64,000 bases of DNA from the NCBI GenBank assembly GCA_013265495.1, contig MU058584.1:1338616-1402615 (forward strand), in the 5' to 3' direction. A program made the translations under genes and the position numbers. This stretch comes from Vicugna vicugna. Lineage: Eukaryota. Each line of letters opens with the position of its first letter. The stretch's first letter is position 1. The notes beneath the pieces were generated by a model. The model made no database searches, was not told where the DNA came from, and saw nothing but the letters and a program-made list of their open reading frames with translations. This document shows positions 48,265 through 62,591 of the stretch, piece by piece.

Positions 48265-50431
48265 CAGGCTACTAAGATGTTTTATAGCACAATTTATCAA
48301 AATGAAGTATAAAAGCCCTGATTTTAGAGATTTAGTTGTATTACCTTAAGGATACTTGCTAGAGACTTTTTGTGTGTGTGCTGAAAATCTGCTCATAAAG
48401 AGATGGGACAATCTTTATCCCATTCCACTGGAATCTTAAGAATGTATATCGATAAACAAAGCGAGTAGTTTTCTAGGATTGGACCAGGAGAGATGTATAC
48501 TTGGCTCCTGCTTTTTAGAGCAGCATATACCACTTCTGCAACATACACTTGCTGTCACCTAATGGTTTACCATAGCTGGGGTTCAAGACGTTCGTTTAGT
48601 ACTAACTGTCCCATACCTTGATGACGCTTGTTCAGTTTGCAATCTGGTTGCACGTGAATTCACGGTTCTTTCATCCACTTTGATCCTTGTCCTCTAACTC
48701 CTAAGACTTGGTATCTGAATGCGTTTCCCCTTGTAAACATATCTTGGTTTTTCTTTATAGACCTGGCCTTGGTCACTCATCCGTTTCCTAGATTCACCAT
48801 TACCTCTAATTTGAAATCTTAACCATAGTCCCATCCTCATGACATACATGCCTGGTACCCATTCAGGCCAACCTGGTCTCACTGATAATGGTGGGACTCA
48901 TCCAGTCTATATAAAATCCTGAGTTCTAGGCGTCCTTCTTTTCTATCCAAGAAATAGAGATGAAATTATCAGGAGGCATTTGGAGAAATCACGGACCTCC
49001 TTACACAGGTGATCGTGCGGGATATTTAATGAAAACACGAGAAGAAAGTTAGTCTGTACAATAAACATGGCAACATTTTTATTTACATCTTTATATCTGT
49101 TGCTGTTGCTGTTCATGAAGACTACATGGCAACTCATCCTGAAAACTGGGTACTCATTACTGAACACGCCCACTGACTGTTGAAAGGCCCCCTTCTCTCT
49201 TCTGTATCTGTGGAAATACTACTTCTCCTTCAGTATTTCTCTACTAAGCTGTAGATCCATTGGAGCTGACTGTGACTGGGGCTTGGTCATATATAAATCT
49301 TTGACCAAAGGTCTCTCCTCGTTTAGCTTTGGGAAAGACCAACATGGGGAATTTAGTATGGGAACAGACACCTTCCCCTTCCCAACAGACTAGGGAATGA
49401 AGTCAGATCTGCTAATCAGTATTGTGACACATGTCCTTCCAAATCCTTTTGCAGTGCCTTGAATTTTGGTAGTGCAGAGGAAGATCAAGGATTTCTACAA
49501 AGGTGGGGTCGTTGAGACAAAGTGGGGTGGGAGAATGCTGAGGAGACTTGGCTTGGAGCTGGGTTTGCACAGACAGCACACTTAACACTTAGATTAAATA
49601 ATTTTTAGACTCGGCTTGGTAGTTACTGATGGACCTCAAAAGGCAGGAGAGGGACAAAGCTTTTCGCTAGCCCTGAGTTGCTCTTTGTGGCTACTCCTGA
49701 AGTAATTCCAATGGAGTTGGAAAGAGAGAGCTTGATTAATCTCATCTCATGCAGCCAAATGTGCTTGCCTGGGCACTTCCTCTAACTTACAGGGATCAAT
49801 AAACCATCTCCTCTGTGCAGAGATTAGACTTGAGGTCTTTAGCGATCTTGCGCAATTCAAAACATGGGGAGGCCAAAAATGCAGTAATATTCATGCTTCA
49901 TATAATTGCCCATAGCTTGTCTCCCAGATTTTAATAATGAGATATACAAAAATCTATTTCCCATTTGAAATCAAGGGACGTCTCAGAGTGAAGGAAGACC
50001 AGGTACACTCATTTTTGTTTTCTTTTTGTGAACTTACAAAACCATGCATGCAAGGAGGATTGTGCACATGTAAATGAAGGCAAGGTTTGGTTCTGAATGC
50101 AGACTTTCTATCTGACTTATTCCTGGGTGAAGTCCCTCCGGGGAACAGGCACTATGCGTTATACTGTATATTTTGCCTGATACCATAACTCAAACATCAC
50201 TGTGCACATGTAATTAAAACCGCTCTCTCTTAAAGCATCACCAAAAACTGTGCATTAACAGTACGTAAGGGGAATTCCAGTCTAGAAGAAGTTTATGTTA
50301 TTTTCTTTTATCTAAAAGTTCTTATGAAAATGAGGACAAGATGTCCTATTTAGTGTGGATCTTGAACCGCATCCATGCATTAATTGTGAGAACTTCAGAA
50401 ATATCATTCATCAAACATATCTTCATAACTA

Positions 50432-51017
50432 GGTAATGGATGAGTGGAGAGAAAAGATGTGAGGTACACACACACACACGCATACACACACACACACACA
50501 CGTAATATTATTCAACTACAAGAAAGAAGGAAATCTTGCTGTTTGTGACAACGTGGATGGGACCTGAAGGCATTATGCTGAGTGAAATAAGTCAGACAGA
50601 GAAAAGCAGATACTGTGTAATAGCGTTTATATGCGGAAACTACAAAAGCCAGACTCATAGAAACAGAGACTACAATGGTGCTACCAGGGGCTGAGGGGTG
50701 GGGGCAAAGGGGAGAGGTTGGTCCAAGATTACAAACCTCCAGTTATAAGATGAATAAGTGCTGGGGACCCAGTCTACAGCATCATGATCTTAGTCACCAG
50801 CACTGTGTTACATCGCACTTGAAAGTTGCTGAGAGTAGACCCTGGACGTTCTTGCCACAAAAATTATTGGCAATTACATACCATGTTGGAGATGTTAGCG
50901 AACTCAACAGGTGATAATCATTTTGCAACATATACGTGTATCAAATTGACATGTTGTACCCCTTAAACTTACAAAATGTTATACATCGATTAAATCTCAA
51001 TAAAGCTGGAAAAAAAG
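50432..51017 (+). mobile_element. L1MA9-like 3' end containing a (CA)n at 50466-50501
   Basis: aagaaggaaatcttgctgtttgtgacaacgtggatgg…atgctgagtgaaataagtcagacagagaaa…agttataagatgaataagt…atctcaataaagctggaaaaaaa. Confidence 0.92.
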
Positions 51018-53644
51018 AACCAGGATTGCTTGGAAGTACGAATGCTAAGACTCGAGCTATCAATGCAGGCGTGCTCTGAGCATTTCCAGAAGAGATACTT
51101 TATTACTGACCTGTATTGTTTCTTTTCATCACCGATTTAGGTAATAGTCTTCTCTTTGTCATACGGTAGGATGGGGTATTAAATTTAACTTTTAATTTTC
51201 ATCTCCATGTACATGTGAATAGCTGGTGTAGTAAGGTAGAAAAATGTGCCTTATGTTTGTGGGTAAGGATGTTCCCGGCCACTTGGCTTTGTTTTTGGCT
51301 GTTTTATTCAGTTTTACCTTTTACAAAGGAGTGGAGTTATTTTCTTTGACCCTGGGGCCCTGGAGCTGGGCCATATTGTAAGGAGAGTAGAGAAGTCTGT
51401 GTCGTCAGGGCCTGTTTATGAATTGTTTTCTCTGTTTCATCTAATAATATTCTAGGTTTATAAAAGCCAAACAGTGGAAAGCTTAGATTTGCTTCAGAGA
51501 AGACAAGAAGTCCAAATTAACATTCACTTCCTTTCCTTCGGTCTTTTTCTGTGGACCTTCTCATGCCTACATTTTCGCCATCTGAACCCAGACACAGTAG
51601 GGGGAAGAGGCGCAGCATGCAGGCCCAGGCACGGAGAATTCTAGCATTTATGCTGGCTCCTGGGAGGGAGGCACTTCCCAGAGTCTGAAGGGAAGGGCTG
51701 TATGTTGCACATCCTGAGCCGGTGGTCTCTGTGCCTTTGGGAAGGGTGTAAGTGTGGGGCTGGCACAGTCACCTCTGTGCCCTCAGAGCCCTGTGGTGGG
51801 CCCCATGCCCTTTGCATTTTGTCGAAGCACTTGCCATCGAGGGCCTCCTCTCCTCTGCAGAGGGGGAGGGGGTATGACGGTGATGGGGGAGCCAATTAGG
51901 GCAGCTTCTCACTGCCGGGCGCAGAGTGGCTGGGCTGTCATTCATTACTGCCTAATGCTTAGCTGCAGTATGCAAACCACTAAGGCTGGGAGGAATCACA
52001 GCTGAGCAGGGAACGCCTGACAGAGGCAATAAAGCACCTTCTTCTTCAAGAGGTGCCACTGCAGGGCCATAGAATCTGCCTGCCGCTCCAGTTGCGCCTG
52101 GAACTCAGGTTATTAATTATTATCCAAATCACCCCCCTTGTTACCGCCGAGCTCTCATTATAGCTGCAAATACAGGTATGTTCAGCTCCCGCCCCACTGT
52201 CCCCATATATTATGCCACCACTTTGTTACATAACTACTGAGAGCAGAAGCCCGTCAGAGGGGCTTTAAACAAAATAAAAGCTCTGCCAAGGAGTGCTTTC
52301 TCTTTGTTTGGCTTAAAGGGAATGGCGGTCATGTAAAACACCTTCACACCGAAGTCCAATATTCAGACTCATCAAGCGGGCTTAGACTTTGAGTTTATCT
52401 TCTGTCATTTTGTCACAAGGCATTTGCTTTGGAAAGGGCAGGATCTGCGGCGGGAATGCTGGTACCCAGGCTCAAAATCAGGTCCTGCCACGAAGAGAAA
52501 GTTGGGAGCATCTCGGAAGCAAGAGGTTAACCTGATCATCATTGTTTATTGAAGCCCCATACAGTGGCTTTTACAAGCCTCAGAAGCTTTATGGAATTCA
52601 GACTGACCCCATGACTCTGCCTGCTGGTGAAACATGGCCGCCCTTGCCGCAGGACTCATCTCTTTTGTAAGATCACCAGCAATTCAGCAGTAAATGATTT
52701 GCTTTAGAATAGTGGGCTGTCTCCTTGCCCTAAGACCTCCCCACCCCTGCATCTAAGGATAAGCTCCACCTTGTTGGTTTGGCCTGTTCCCTCCTCCAGA
52801 GGATGTGCCAAGAAATCCACACGACCTGCACATTTTTTTTTTTTGGAAAGTTGATGTCTTTTATTTGCAGATGGATACATCTATATAATCTGTATTTGTA
52901 TCCATAAACATTCATCCCTGAATATGAGACTAGTGGATTCTGACTTTTATACTAAATCAAAGCAACTATGATAATGTGGCTGGAGCACTTAGCACTGTGC
53001 TGAGTAGCTTTATAAATCTTGCTATTGTTATTCAAATTAGTTGTAATAATAAGTATACCCAGTTGCTGACAAAATTTCTCCAATAAAGGCTGTTACCATG
53101 GGAAACTGTGCTTCTATATATCTCTTCATTATGATTCTCATTGTCCCAAACTAGCGTTTCCAGGCTGGATGTCTCACCCTACTTTTCACTTTCTATTTCT
53201 CTGTGTAGTGTGTTTAAAAATATATTCTACAAAAGAAAAATTTGGCTCAGTAAACATTTGTACACTTTGCTCTGAATTCTGTAACTACACCAGCTCAACC
53301 TAGACTCCCCCCCAGCAAAGTGGTGAACAGGACTCCCTTTTACTGGGCACTGGACAGGGAGGATTGTTCCAACAGATGGAGTCACTATTTATGAATATTT
53401 GGGTTTTATAAAATTATATACAATCCATGCAATATATTTGCCTCCTGAACACGCAACATTGACTCCTCTGCTCCTGTGGACCTTGAAACATGGAGGCAGC
53501 AAATTGAGGGCTAGAATGTTTTAACAGAGACAATCTCTTTTTTAACTAAAGTGTCCAGCTTGAGATTGGAAGCAGGAAAGGGCTTTCAAGTGTCTTAGCT
53601 TTGCCCACTGGAAGAGTGAAAGCGGGAGTGGCATTTGCTGAGCG

Positions 53645-53790
53645 CCATGCTCCACTCATCTGGCATAATAACCCCCACAACAGTTCTTTCCAGGCAGGTG
53701 TTATTCACTTATTACAGCTGAGGAATATGAAATGGACGATGGCCAAGGGATGCTTCCAAACTGGCAGAGTGTGTGGCGGAGCGCGGCTTT
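53645..53790 (-). mobile_element. MIR
   Basis: aacccccacaacag…aggcaggtgttattcacttattacagctgaggaa. Confidence 0.55.
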
Positions 53791-54556
53791 TGCTCCAGAT
53801 TTACCCAGCAAAGGCTGGGTTCCAGTCACAACACCACGTTTCCCTGGTGCGTATTGGGCTTCAAAATACTCACGCTGCAACTGCTCTAACACCTTCGGAA
53901 ACGCCTCTCTGGGAATATCCTTAACAGCTATTTCCCCGGTTACAGAAAACATCAGTATCATTGCAATATTGTCACATCTGGTTTTTGACCCAGAAACACA
54001 TTACTCACCTTAATTGTCAGACATAGTTGCAAACACCTCTTGCTTGTTTTCAGAAATTAAAATCACCATGAAAGCATGGGAGCTTTGCTCCATTGAAGAT
54101 ATTTAGTTTCCAAATAAACACCTCCAAAGAGGGAGTTCTACAAATGCCTCACAAAAAGGCAGCATCTGAGGAGTCAATACACAACTCATCTGCGTGGCTT
54201 GACACATCCCTCTTATATCCTGCATCGCTCTTGGTCACAGTTAGATGTCCAGCCCATCCCATCTTGCTCCAACTTCCCTCTTCAGAGAGAGGGCCCTGGT
54301 ACATACAAAAGTCAACAGTGGGAGACCGGAGGAGCTGTGTGGCTGTGGGGTCCCCCCCAGAAGAGGGCCTGGGGGACACATAAAGGGATTTGAAATAAAA
54401 GGATTTCCTCCTCTTGTCCTCACACTCCGCTGTACCCATGCTGTTTCAGAGTGTGAGGTGGACCTGAGGCTGTGTCATCTCAAGGACTGAATCCAGTTTA
54501 TGGACTATTTAAGCCTAGTGTCAGCTCTGTGTGTGGGATAAAGAGAGAAGCTGCTC

Positions 54557-54951
54557 TTAAAAAAAAAAACTAAAATATAAAATCAGAGAGTAAAATGGTG
54601 GAACCAGGAGCTGGGAGGTATGGAAAAGGGAGAGATACTTTTCAGGGGTACATGCTTGCAACTAGGAGATGAATGAGTCTTGGAGACCTATGCACAGTAT
54701 AATGCTTATAGACAACAGAAATGCGCTATAAACATTAAACTTGCTAGGAGACTGCATCTTAGTTGTTTTTACTACAAGAAAAATTGTTAATCATGTGATG
54801 AAGTAGAGGTTTCAGCTAATGCTACAATGGCAAGTACATTGCAATTAAATGTGTCAAATCATTCTGTTGTACACTTAAAACTTACACATTGTTGTATATC
54901 AGGTATATCTCGATAAAAAAATATATTTTGAAAAGATTTAAAAAAAAAGAG
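54557..54951 (+). mobile_element. L1MA9-like 3' UTR insertion
   Basis: cagagagtaaaatggtgg…aaacttgctagga…tgttgtacacttaaaacttacaca, then an A tail. Perfect 15-bp TSD AGAGAGAAGCTGCTC at 54542-54556 and 54952-54966. Confidence 0.9.
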
Positions 54952-55694
54952 AGAGAGAAGCTGCTCCAACCATGGAGTGTAGAGGTGATGGGTGATCATG
55001 CTGGTCTGGAGAAGCACCTTGAAAAGCCAGAAAAGCTGTTCTCCATGATGACAAATGGCAACAGGATTAAGGAAACTCTCCTTGGAATCCTCAGGACTTG
55101 AGAAGGGCCCAGGGCTCCCAGAGGTGAGCTGGAACACTGCCTTGGGTGATGCTCTGTAGGGTGTTACAGACGTAGGATGACTTGTGAGGCAGGAGAACTT
55201 GAGGACGACTGAGTTCTGTAGAAAAACAAAGAACAAATTCTACTAGGTTGGTTTAAGAGTGTTAAAAATTAGCATTTTGTGCTCACACATGTAACGATTA
55301 GACTGGGTCCATTAATCTTTACGTACAGGAGATAACGTATGTAAGAGCTCTCAGCACACTGATGGACATCTAGTAAGCATTTAATAGCTGGCGACTTTTA
55401 CGAAAACGTGTGATCTGTGCAGAATCATGGTAAATCAGAGAGAGAAGCCGGAAGTCTAAATGGGCACGTACTGTTTTGATTCCCAAACGGGAAAGGAAGA
55501 TGAATTTCATAAATGCTGACAAGGCTGGCGCTGGTTCCCTGGCAAGACGCTACATAGACGCCTACATGTGGTAGCAGGGATGACTGAGGGCTCCGGCTCT
55601 CTTGTTCACAAAGAACAAGCCAATCCAGACCAGCCGCATTTATTCCTTTAAGAGGATCATTAGATGACAATATTAGGAAAATGGGATAAACCTA

Positions 55695-55770
55695 GTGCAT
55701 GGGATAAGTACCTTCAGAAAAGAGACTCCAGAAAGCTCCATCCCCCTTTCCACCAGGAGAGGACACAGTG
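55695..55770 (+). mobile_element. MLT1A-like LTR fragment
   Basis: atgggataagtaccttcagaaaagagactccagaaagctc…ccctttccaccaggagaggacacagtg. Confidence 0.6.
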
Positions 55771-56325
55771 GGCATCTTCAGATTCTCATGAGCCCCCAAA
55801 ATGATGCTGAAGAGAAACAAAAACACCTGCAAACTCATAATTTCTAAAATTACAGTGCATTGACAAAGCTCAACGAAGGCACATGAGAATCCATGGAAGG
55901 CATGTTATTTGGCCCCACTTCAAGGTGATATATTCCTTATGTATTTGTTCAGTGTGCATTTAGCACTAACTTCTGTATTGGAAAGTGCAGTCAGAAGGCC
56001 ACTTCTAACACCCCTCATGCTTTCTTCTAGTCTCCTGATCTGTTCAAGTTGGCTAACCTGTTCACAAGATGGGGACCTCCAGTGACCTGGAGTGGCCGCT
56101 GGGTGAAAGCAGTTTAGCGGTCATCCGCTGTCACTACCTGTGACCCCTCCGATCCCTCGTCAGCACCTCGAAGTCATCCTATTAACCACACAGACAATTT
56201 CCCTCAAAAGCAGTTTCGCTGGGTACCCTCCCAGTGATGCGTTTTTAGGGCCCGCGCAGATTAGGATCCGGAGAAACTGCAGGCTGGTAATCTAGCTCTG
56301 TGTGCTAGCGAAAGTCCCTCCTTAC

Positions 56326-56468
56326 CCAAGTGGCCATGTAATTTGTCATCCAAACCTGGGGCTCTTTTGAGGGTGAAAGGAGGAGCCGTCAGCAGAGCAG
56401 CTGGGATGTTGCGACAACAGCGGTCACACGGGATTGCCCCAGGCCAGCCGGGATGCAGGGTCATCCTG
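56326..56468. mobile_element. MER94-like hAT MITE
   Basis: gtggccatgtaatttgtcatccaaacctggggctcttttgagggtgaaagg…gggattgccccaggccagccgggatgcagggtcatcct. Confidence 0.8.
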
Positions 56469-57146
56469 CTCACAATGACCCAACAGCTGCAGAGATAAAG
56501 GAAGGCCACAGTTTAGGGCGGCCCCTGGTCTTCTTAGTTGAAATCCATTTTCAAATAAATGCAGGGTGTTCCTTTTCTATGAGGTTCTACACCTAGTTCC
56601 TGCAAACATACACTCTGGCCCAGCTCCTGGGAGTAGTGGGGCGCGTCTCACTTTGAAGGCAGCTACTTCTTTGGACTCTGCCCTCAGGCTGTGACTGCAC
56701 ACAGTTTCTCGTCTTGAGTCTTCCCCAGGGGAGAATCAGGTATCAGTCTCTGTGTCCCTTGACCTCCATGGAAGCTCCTGAGGAAGCTCTCAGGGGATTC
56801 TCTTGCAAACTTCTTCACTTGACTTGAGGTGAGCCCTTTATGTTGGCTGGAGGTGTGAGTTCCGCTAACGCATGGAGGACCAGTTAATGGCTATTCCTGT
56901 TGCCAGCTCTATACACACTGCCCCTAATCTTGCCTGGCAATGACGGTGTACTCGACACCTGTCATTTCATTCTTGGCCTGAGGGGATGCAGCTGAAGAAG
57001 ATGTTCCACTTTAACATCCTGTTATTCGTTTGTAGAACGCCATCAACCTAAAACAAAGGTTCTTCTTAGAAATTAGACCTTGAAATTTTCTTTTACAAAT
57101 ATCTTTGATGACTTTTTTTTTTTTTGCCACATCAAACACTGTTCTT

Positions 57147-57642
57147 TTGGCAGACACCACTAATTACCTAGCCAATATCCAGTCTCTCCTTCTTCTTTGA
57201 TGACAAAACACTGACTTTATTCGAGGTGGTAGGAAGCCTGGTTTAAAATGATTCATCTTCTCCAGACGTCCTTGCAATGGGAGATTCGCATGAGGTCCTG
57301 TTCTGTCGCATGAGATGTAAGTGGCAGCTGCTGGATGAGGTTTCTGGGGAAGCTTTTAAAAAGGACAAAGTTATTCGCACATCATTTTGCTCTTTTTCTC
57401 TTCTCTTGGTCTGGATTGCAGCCATGGTACTTGGAAGTGCTGCCGCCTTCCTGTGACCTTAAAATGAGACCACACAGTAAGGGCGACAAAGCCTGGAGAA
57501 AGGAGGGTCCGAGGGTCGTGAAGCCACCGTCCAGCTCTAGGCTGCCTACCCCTGAGCTTCCTGTTCCTCGCAGAAACTAGATCCTTTCTTTGTGCAAACC
57601 ACTCTCTGTTACCTGCTGCTGAGTGCATTGTATCACTGAGCA
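57147..57642 (+). mobile_element. MaLR LTR (MLT1J-like)
   Basis: tggcagacaccactaattacctagccaatatcc…tgagatgtaagtggcag…tttctggggaagctttt…ctctaggctgcctacccctgagcttcctgtt…ctgttacctgctgctga. Confidence 0.8.
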
Positions 57643-57770
57643 ACAGAGTCCTCTGAAAGCCCAGTGTCTTTCTCTCTGAAATAAGAAGTAAAAACACAAA
57701 TTATGCACATGCAACCACACTATTCTGAGAGCAATAGATGTCTCCACCCACACCATTGCAGAAGAGCTGC

Positions 57771-57805
57771 TTGCCCAGTTTGCCCAGTTTGCCCAGTTTG
57801 CCTAG
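57771..57805 (+). repeat. 9-bp tandem repeat (TTGCCCAGT) x3 plus a degenerate fourth unit
   Basis: Directly visible. Confidence 0.9.
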
Positions 57806-59314
57806 CAAGCAGACCTGCAGAGTGAATGGCTTCCTATGAGGCTGTTTCCCTCAAAAGGTGGAGGACCAGTAAGAGAAGGGATGTGCCTCCCACGTCGCAC
57901 GAGGACAGAAGAGGACTCCAGGGGAGTATTCTGAAAGTAAATGGGACCCTCTCCCTCACTGCCCACCCCTAACACGCATCTTCTGCAAACCTCCTTGAAA
58001 TTCCAGGGGCGGCTGAACATTTTGCGTCTCAGGCTCTGGCTGACCTGTAGGAATGCAAACACAAGCTGGGTCCCTTGGGAACGAAGCTTGTGCTGCAGCT
58101 CCATTGTAATTTATTAATCACAATTATTTCAAGATGAAAACATTAAAATGCTTGCTATTTGGCCTCATGCACATGTTACACATAAAAGGTTTCAAACTAT
58201 CAAAAGAGCAATTTCCTATGGGGGAAATGGAGCGTGGAGATTATGACTTAAATACCAAAGCTGGGGTCACAGGGCCCTACTGCAGCCACCAAACTCTGGC
58301 TCCATTCGTGTCTTGGGTTTTTTCTATTATTCTAGTGGCCAAACCTCTGTCTTGTGCTGCACAAGTTGCCTGTGTGACTGGTTCAAAAGTGGAAACTGTC
58401 TGCAGTATTAGAGCAGGTGTCAGGGAGTACCTTCACCACCATCACTGGCCATGTCCATCAGGAAAGACTTTTTACTTCCTCAAAAGGGAGCCCTGGGGCT
58501 GCCCAGAGATTGCTCTGCAGTCCTGACCTCCAGAAGGTTCTAATGCAGATACGTGAGGGCAAATGTGCTGATCACTCATGGGGAAGGAGAATTAAACACC
58601 AAAATGAAAATCACAGTGCATGTTAAAATGGTTATAAGTTTATCTACAGGCCAAAAAATAAGTTTGGTTTTACGTTGGGAAGGGAAAAGGATGAACATGG
58701 AATTCATCCACAGACACATCCTTTCAGTTTCAAGTGTCAGTGATGCATGTGCTGGGTGCCAGCTTCTAAAGTGGGACCTGGAGGGGGAAATGGAGAGGCG
58801 ATCCCTGGAGGGCTGAGTGCAGGAGAAAGTCTGAGAACTTCCTCCGTGGTCCACGCAGAGTAAAGGGCAATAAGCTTTGCCTATTGAGTTAACGAAGGAC
58901 ATTCTGTGGAGAAGGCTGGGTTTCAGGAGTGATTCACAAGGTGGGTGGAGAGAGAAGAGATGGGAACAGAGGAGGCAGAGGTGAAGAACACTGTAGAACC
59001 AGGACAGACTCTCTGCTGAAGTTGCCCCTGCCACCATGGGAGTCTATGAAAGCTAATGAGATACTCTTGTTTCTGTTACTCAAAAAACACAGAAAAAAGC
59101 TTCCCAGGGCCTAAGAAAAAATCATAGTATGTGGATGCCCTGTGTTTCTAAACAAGAAAGTCCTGAAATATCTGGGCCTCTCCTTTTTTGAAAATTTCAC
59201 TGAATGCAGATTCAAGGAGACCCAGGAAATTAGGAAGGTCTCAAAGGAAGGAGAAGCTGGGTCCCAAATGTGCCTCTCGGGGTCCCAAGAGGGAATGAAG
59301 TCTCCCAGGGGGTT

Positions 59315-59700
59315 TCCGAGCCAGGAAAGCAGGCCCAGCCCTCCGCGGCACCATCCCCAGGGCCTGCTGAGTAAATCAGCCAGCGCTCCGCCGGGGTGCG
59401 CCCTGCTGCTGCTCGGATTCGCTCCTCCCGCCCGACATCTCCGTGATGTTTATTAAGAGATGACAAGTCTATCAGGCCTCATGAGCAGTCTTTCACAAGG
59501 AGGACATCTTCCCGTCCACCCAGCGAGTGTCATCAATCTTGTGCTGGCTCTGCGCTCGGAGCCGCTGGGAGCGCAGGGCCCCTTCTCCGCCCCGCCCCCT
59601 CTTTCTAACCTCCTCTCGCCGGCTTCCTCGGCCTCCTCTCCGGGGCTTCGTAGCACAGTGGGAGGTGGCAGAGAAGAGATGCTATTTGCATAAAGCGGAT
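59315..59700. promoter_or_regulatory. Short CpG-rich island-like element
   Basis: About 25 CpGs in about 380 bp by eye, against a CpG-poor background; not recognisable as a repeat. Confidence 0.5.
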
Positions 59701-60880
59701 CTGGTAAAGAGATGGGTACTGAAGGATAGAATAAAAGGGCCCTTTTCTCCTGTGTTCCCGGCTTTCGGGAATATATTTCATTCTAAGAAATGGAATGGGT
59801 AGAACCGAGACCACAGAGATGACTGCCAGCCACACAGCTAACATTGCTTATGTACAAATCTACAGTCTACAAATGATACATGTTTCATATTATGTATGTG
59901 AATATTATACCCATGTCCCAGAGAATTAGTTGTACATCTTTGTAAAATATCAAGAATTTGGATATTCCATTCAGTGTGCATCGGCACTGTGTTGCTTTTC
60001 CTACACGCGTGCTTTTTTTGTTTGTTTCTTTCTTTCTAGGAAGAAGCTCTATGTTGTAACTATTAGCATCGAATACTCAAGGAAAAGACTCCATTGCTTT
60101 GCGCAGAAAGCAAAATTGATACCGGTAACTAGCAATTGCAAATGGACCTCATTGAATCTGTGTCTTTCGAGCATTATATATGTCACCATATTTGTAAGTC
60201 AAATGTGCTCCACGTTTATTTTTTATTAGAAGGCCCCTAATCTGAACCACACAGCTTCAGGTCCTGAAAGACACTCTGTCAGACGGGATAATAATATCAT
60301 TTTTAAATTTCATGAAATCTATTGAGGTTTACACATCATTTTTTGGCCCTGGTTCAATATTTAAACATTTCTATCGAACACATCATAAGGTTGTTTTTTA
60401 TTTGGGGATGGGAGAGAGGGAGGAAATTATTTTCCTGTATCATAAATGCTTCCAAATATTTTTTTTGAATCTTGCTCTTTACTATAATATGTGCTTTTCA
60501 AAGATTTTGACACTGGGCTTTGTTCGGAGACATGAGGAAGGTCATGAAAAATGGCTCTTTTATCCTTTGCACGGCACCTCGATGATTGTAGCAGAATCAG
60601 ATAGAGATGAAAGATTGGGCTGGTTTCATTCGCATTGGAAGGCCCTCTGTTAAGACTTAGCTGCTGGTAAAGTGCTTTACAATGCTTAGATTCTGTGATT
60701 TGTTTCCATTGGAAGCTATTAAAGGTCCAGAGGTGCGGTGTTCAGGAATATATTAAGAACCTAACATTAAATAGTCGCCTATACCAGCCTAGCCAGGATC
60801 TGCCCCGGTACTGCAGGTGAGGTCCCCAAACTGTTTCACGTCACAACCTGACATGGGCTTCAGTGCATGCACATGTATGA

Positions 60881-60901
60881 GTGTGTGTGTGTGTGTGTGT
60901 T
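60881..60901 (+). repeat. (GT)n microsatellite
   Basis: Directly visible. Confidence 0.95.
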
Positions 60902-61307
60902 AGGAAAGGCAGGTATGGCTCAGACCAGAGAAAGAGTCATATGATAGTGACAGAAATGACTTCGGATGGTGAGACTCGCTCTACTTCAGCTATCTAAAGA
61001 GAAACTTGTTACAGTTAAATGTAAAATTATATTATTTTCCCGTTTTGATGAGCACTACTAAAACTGAGAAAAGTGCCTGGTCTTTTATGGGAAAAGGACA
61101 TTGCACAAAAAGTTTTCAAATCTTCAAATTAGTTTATGAGAAAGATTTCAGGTTCTATTAAAAATTAGCTTCCAATACTAGGTTGAGATTTTGAATTCTT
61201 TTTTTTTTTCCATAGGATATGTAGAAGCCTTTATTTGCATGGGGGAGAGGCGAGGGGGGAGGGTGTGTCACGTCTTCATCACCATTTCAGACATGGTTTG
61301 TTTGTGG

Positions 61308-62310
61308 TTTTTGTTTTTTAGCAGTTTTATTGAGATACAGTTAAAACCCCATACACTTCACCCATTTGAAATGTATAACTCAATGGCTTTTTACAATTTA
61401 CAAACTGGTACAACTATCACCACAATCAACTTTAGCACATTTTCTGATCCTAAGGAGAAATCCCCCCTCCCTTAGCCATTGCCCCCCAACCATATCATCC
61501 CCCTCCAGTCCTAGGAAAACAGGATCTAGTTTCTGTTTTTATGGATTCCTATTCTGAATATTTTAGGTAAACGGAATCACCTAATATGTGGGTTTGTGAC
61601 TGGCTTTTTTCACTTTGCATGATATTTTCAAGTTTCAGCCATATTGGTATATGTTTGAGTATTTCACTTTTTTCATTGGTGGATAGTATTCCGTTGTAAC
61701 AATGAGTTTGATGGGCATTTGGGGTTATTTCTACTTTTTAGCTATTATGAATAATGCTCCCAGGAACATTCATGTGCAAGTTTATGTGTGGCTATATGTT
61801 CACTTCATTTAGATATAAATCTTGGAATGGAATTGCTGGGATCATATGACAACTCTAGGTTTAACATTCTGACAAACCACTAGGCTGTTTTCCAAAGAAG
61901 TTGCACCATTTTGCTTTCCCATTAGTAGGGCTCCAATTTCTCCACATCTTTGTAATTAACTGCCTTTTTGAGTATAACCATCCTGGTGTGTGTAAAGCAG
62001 TATCTCATTATGATTTTGATTTGCATTTTCCTGATGGCTGACACTGAGCATTTTTATTTTTCCTTCTGTGTATCTTCTTTAAAGAAATATCTACTGAAAT
62101 ATTTTGCTCACTTTTGAATTGTATTATTTGCCTTCTTATTATTGAGTTGTAAGAGTCCTTTACTCCTGTGTTCTAGGTAGAATCTCTTATCAGATATACT
62201 ATTTGCAAAAAGTTTTTCTCATTCTTTTCCCTTGCTTGATAGTATTGCACAGAATTTTTAATTTTGATAAAGCCTTTTATATATATATAGCTTGTGCTTT
62301 GGTGTCAAGA
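61308..62310 (-). mobile_element. L1MB-type 3' end with ORF2 remnants
   Basis: gcagttttattgagatacag…ttcacccatttgaaatgtataactcaatgg…ggaatggaattgctgggatcatatg…ttgatttgcattttcctgatggct…cttatcagatatactatttgcaaa. Confidence 0.92.
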
Positions 62311-62591
62311 CCTTTATTTTTACATGGCTCTTTAAAGGAACTCCTAAGCTTCTGGATTCAAGCTGCAATAGGAGTATTGATGGACAATGGTATTGGAGGA
62401 GATGGAATTAAAGATAGATAACAGTGACTTTAGAAAACCTAAATTTCTGCTTCAAGCATCCTCACAACCTACCAAAGTCTTGTGACCTATTGGTTAGGAA
62501 AATATGTTGTAAAATGTTTGTTGTCTCACCTTTTCCAAGTCTGTGGGATTGTAAGGAATGCATAGGATATTATATTCAGCTCAAAAATATT

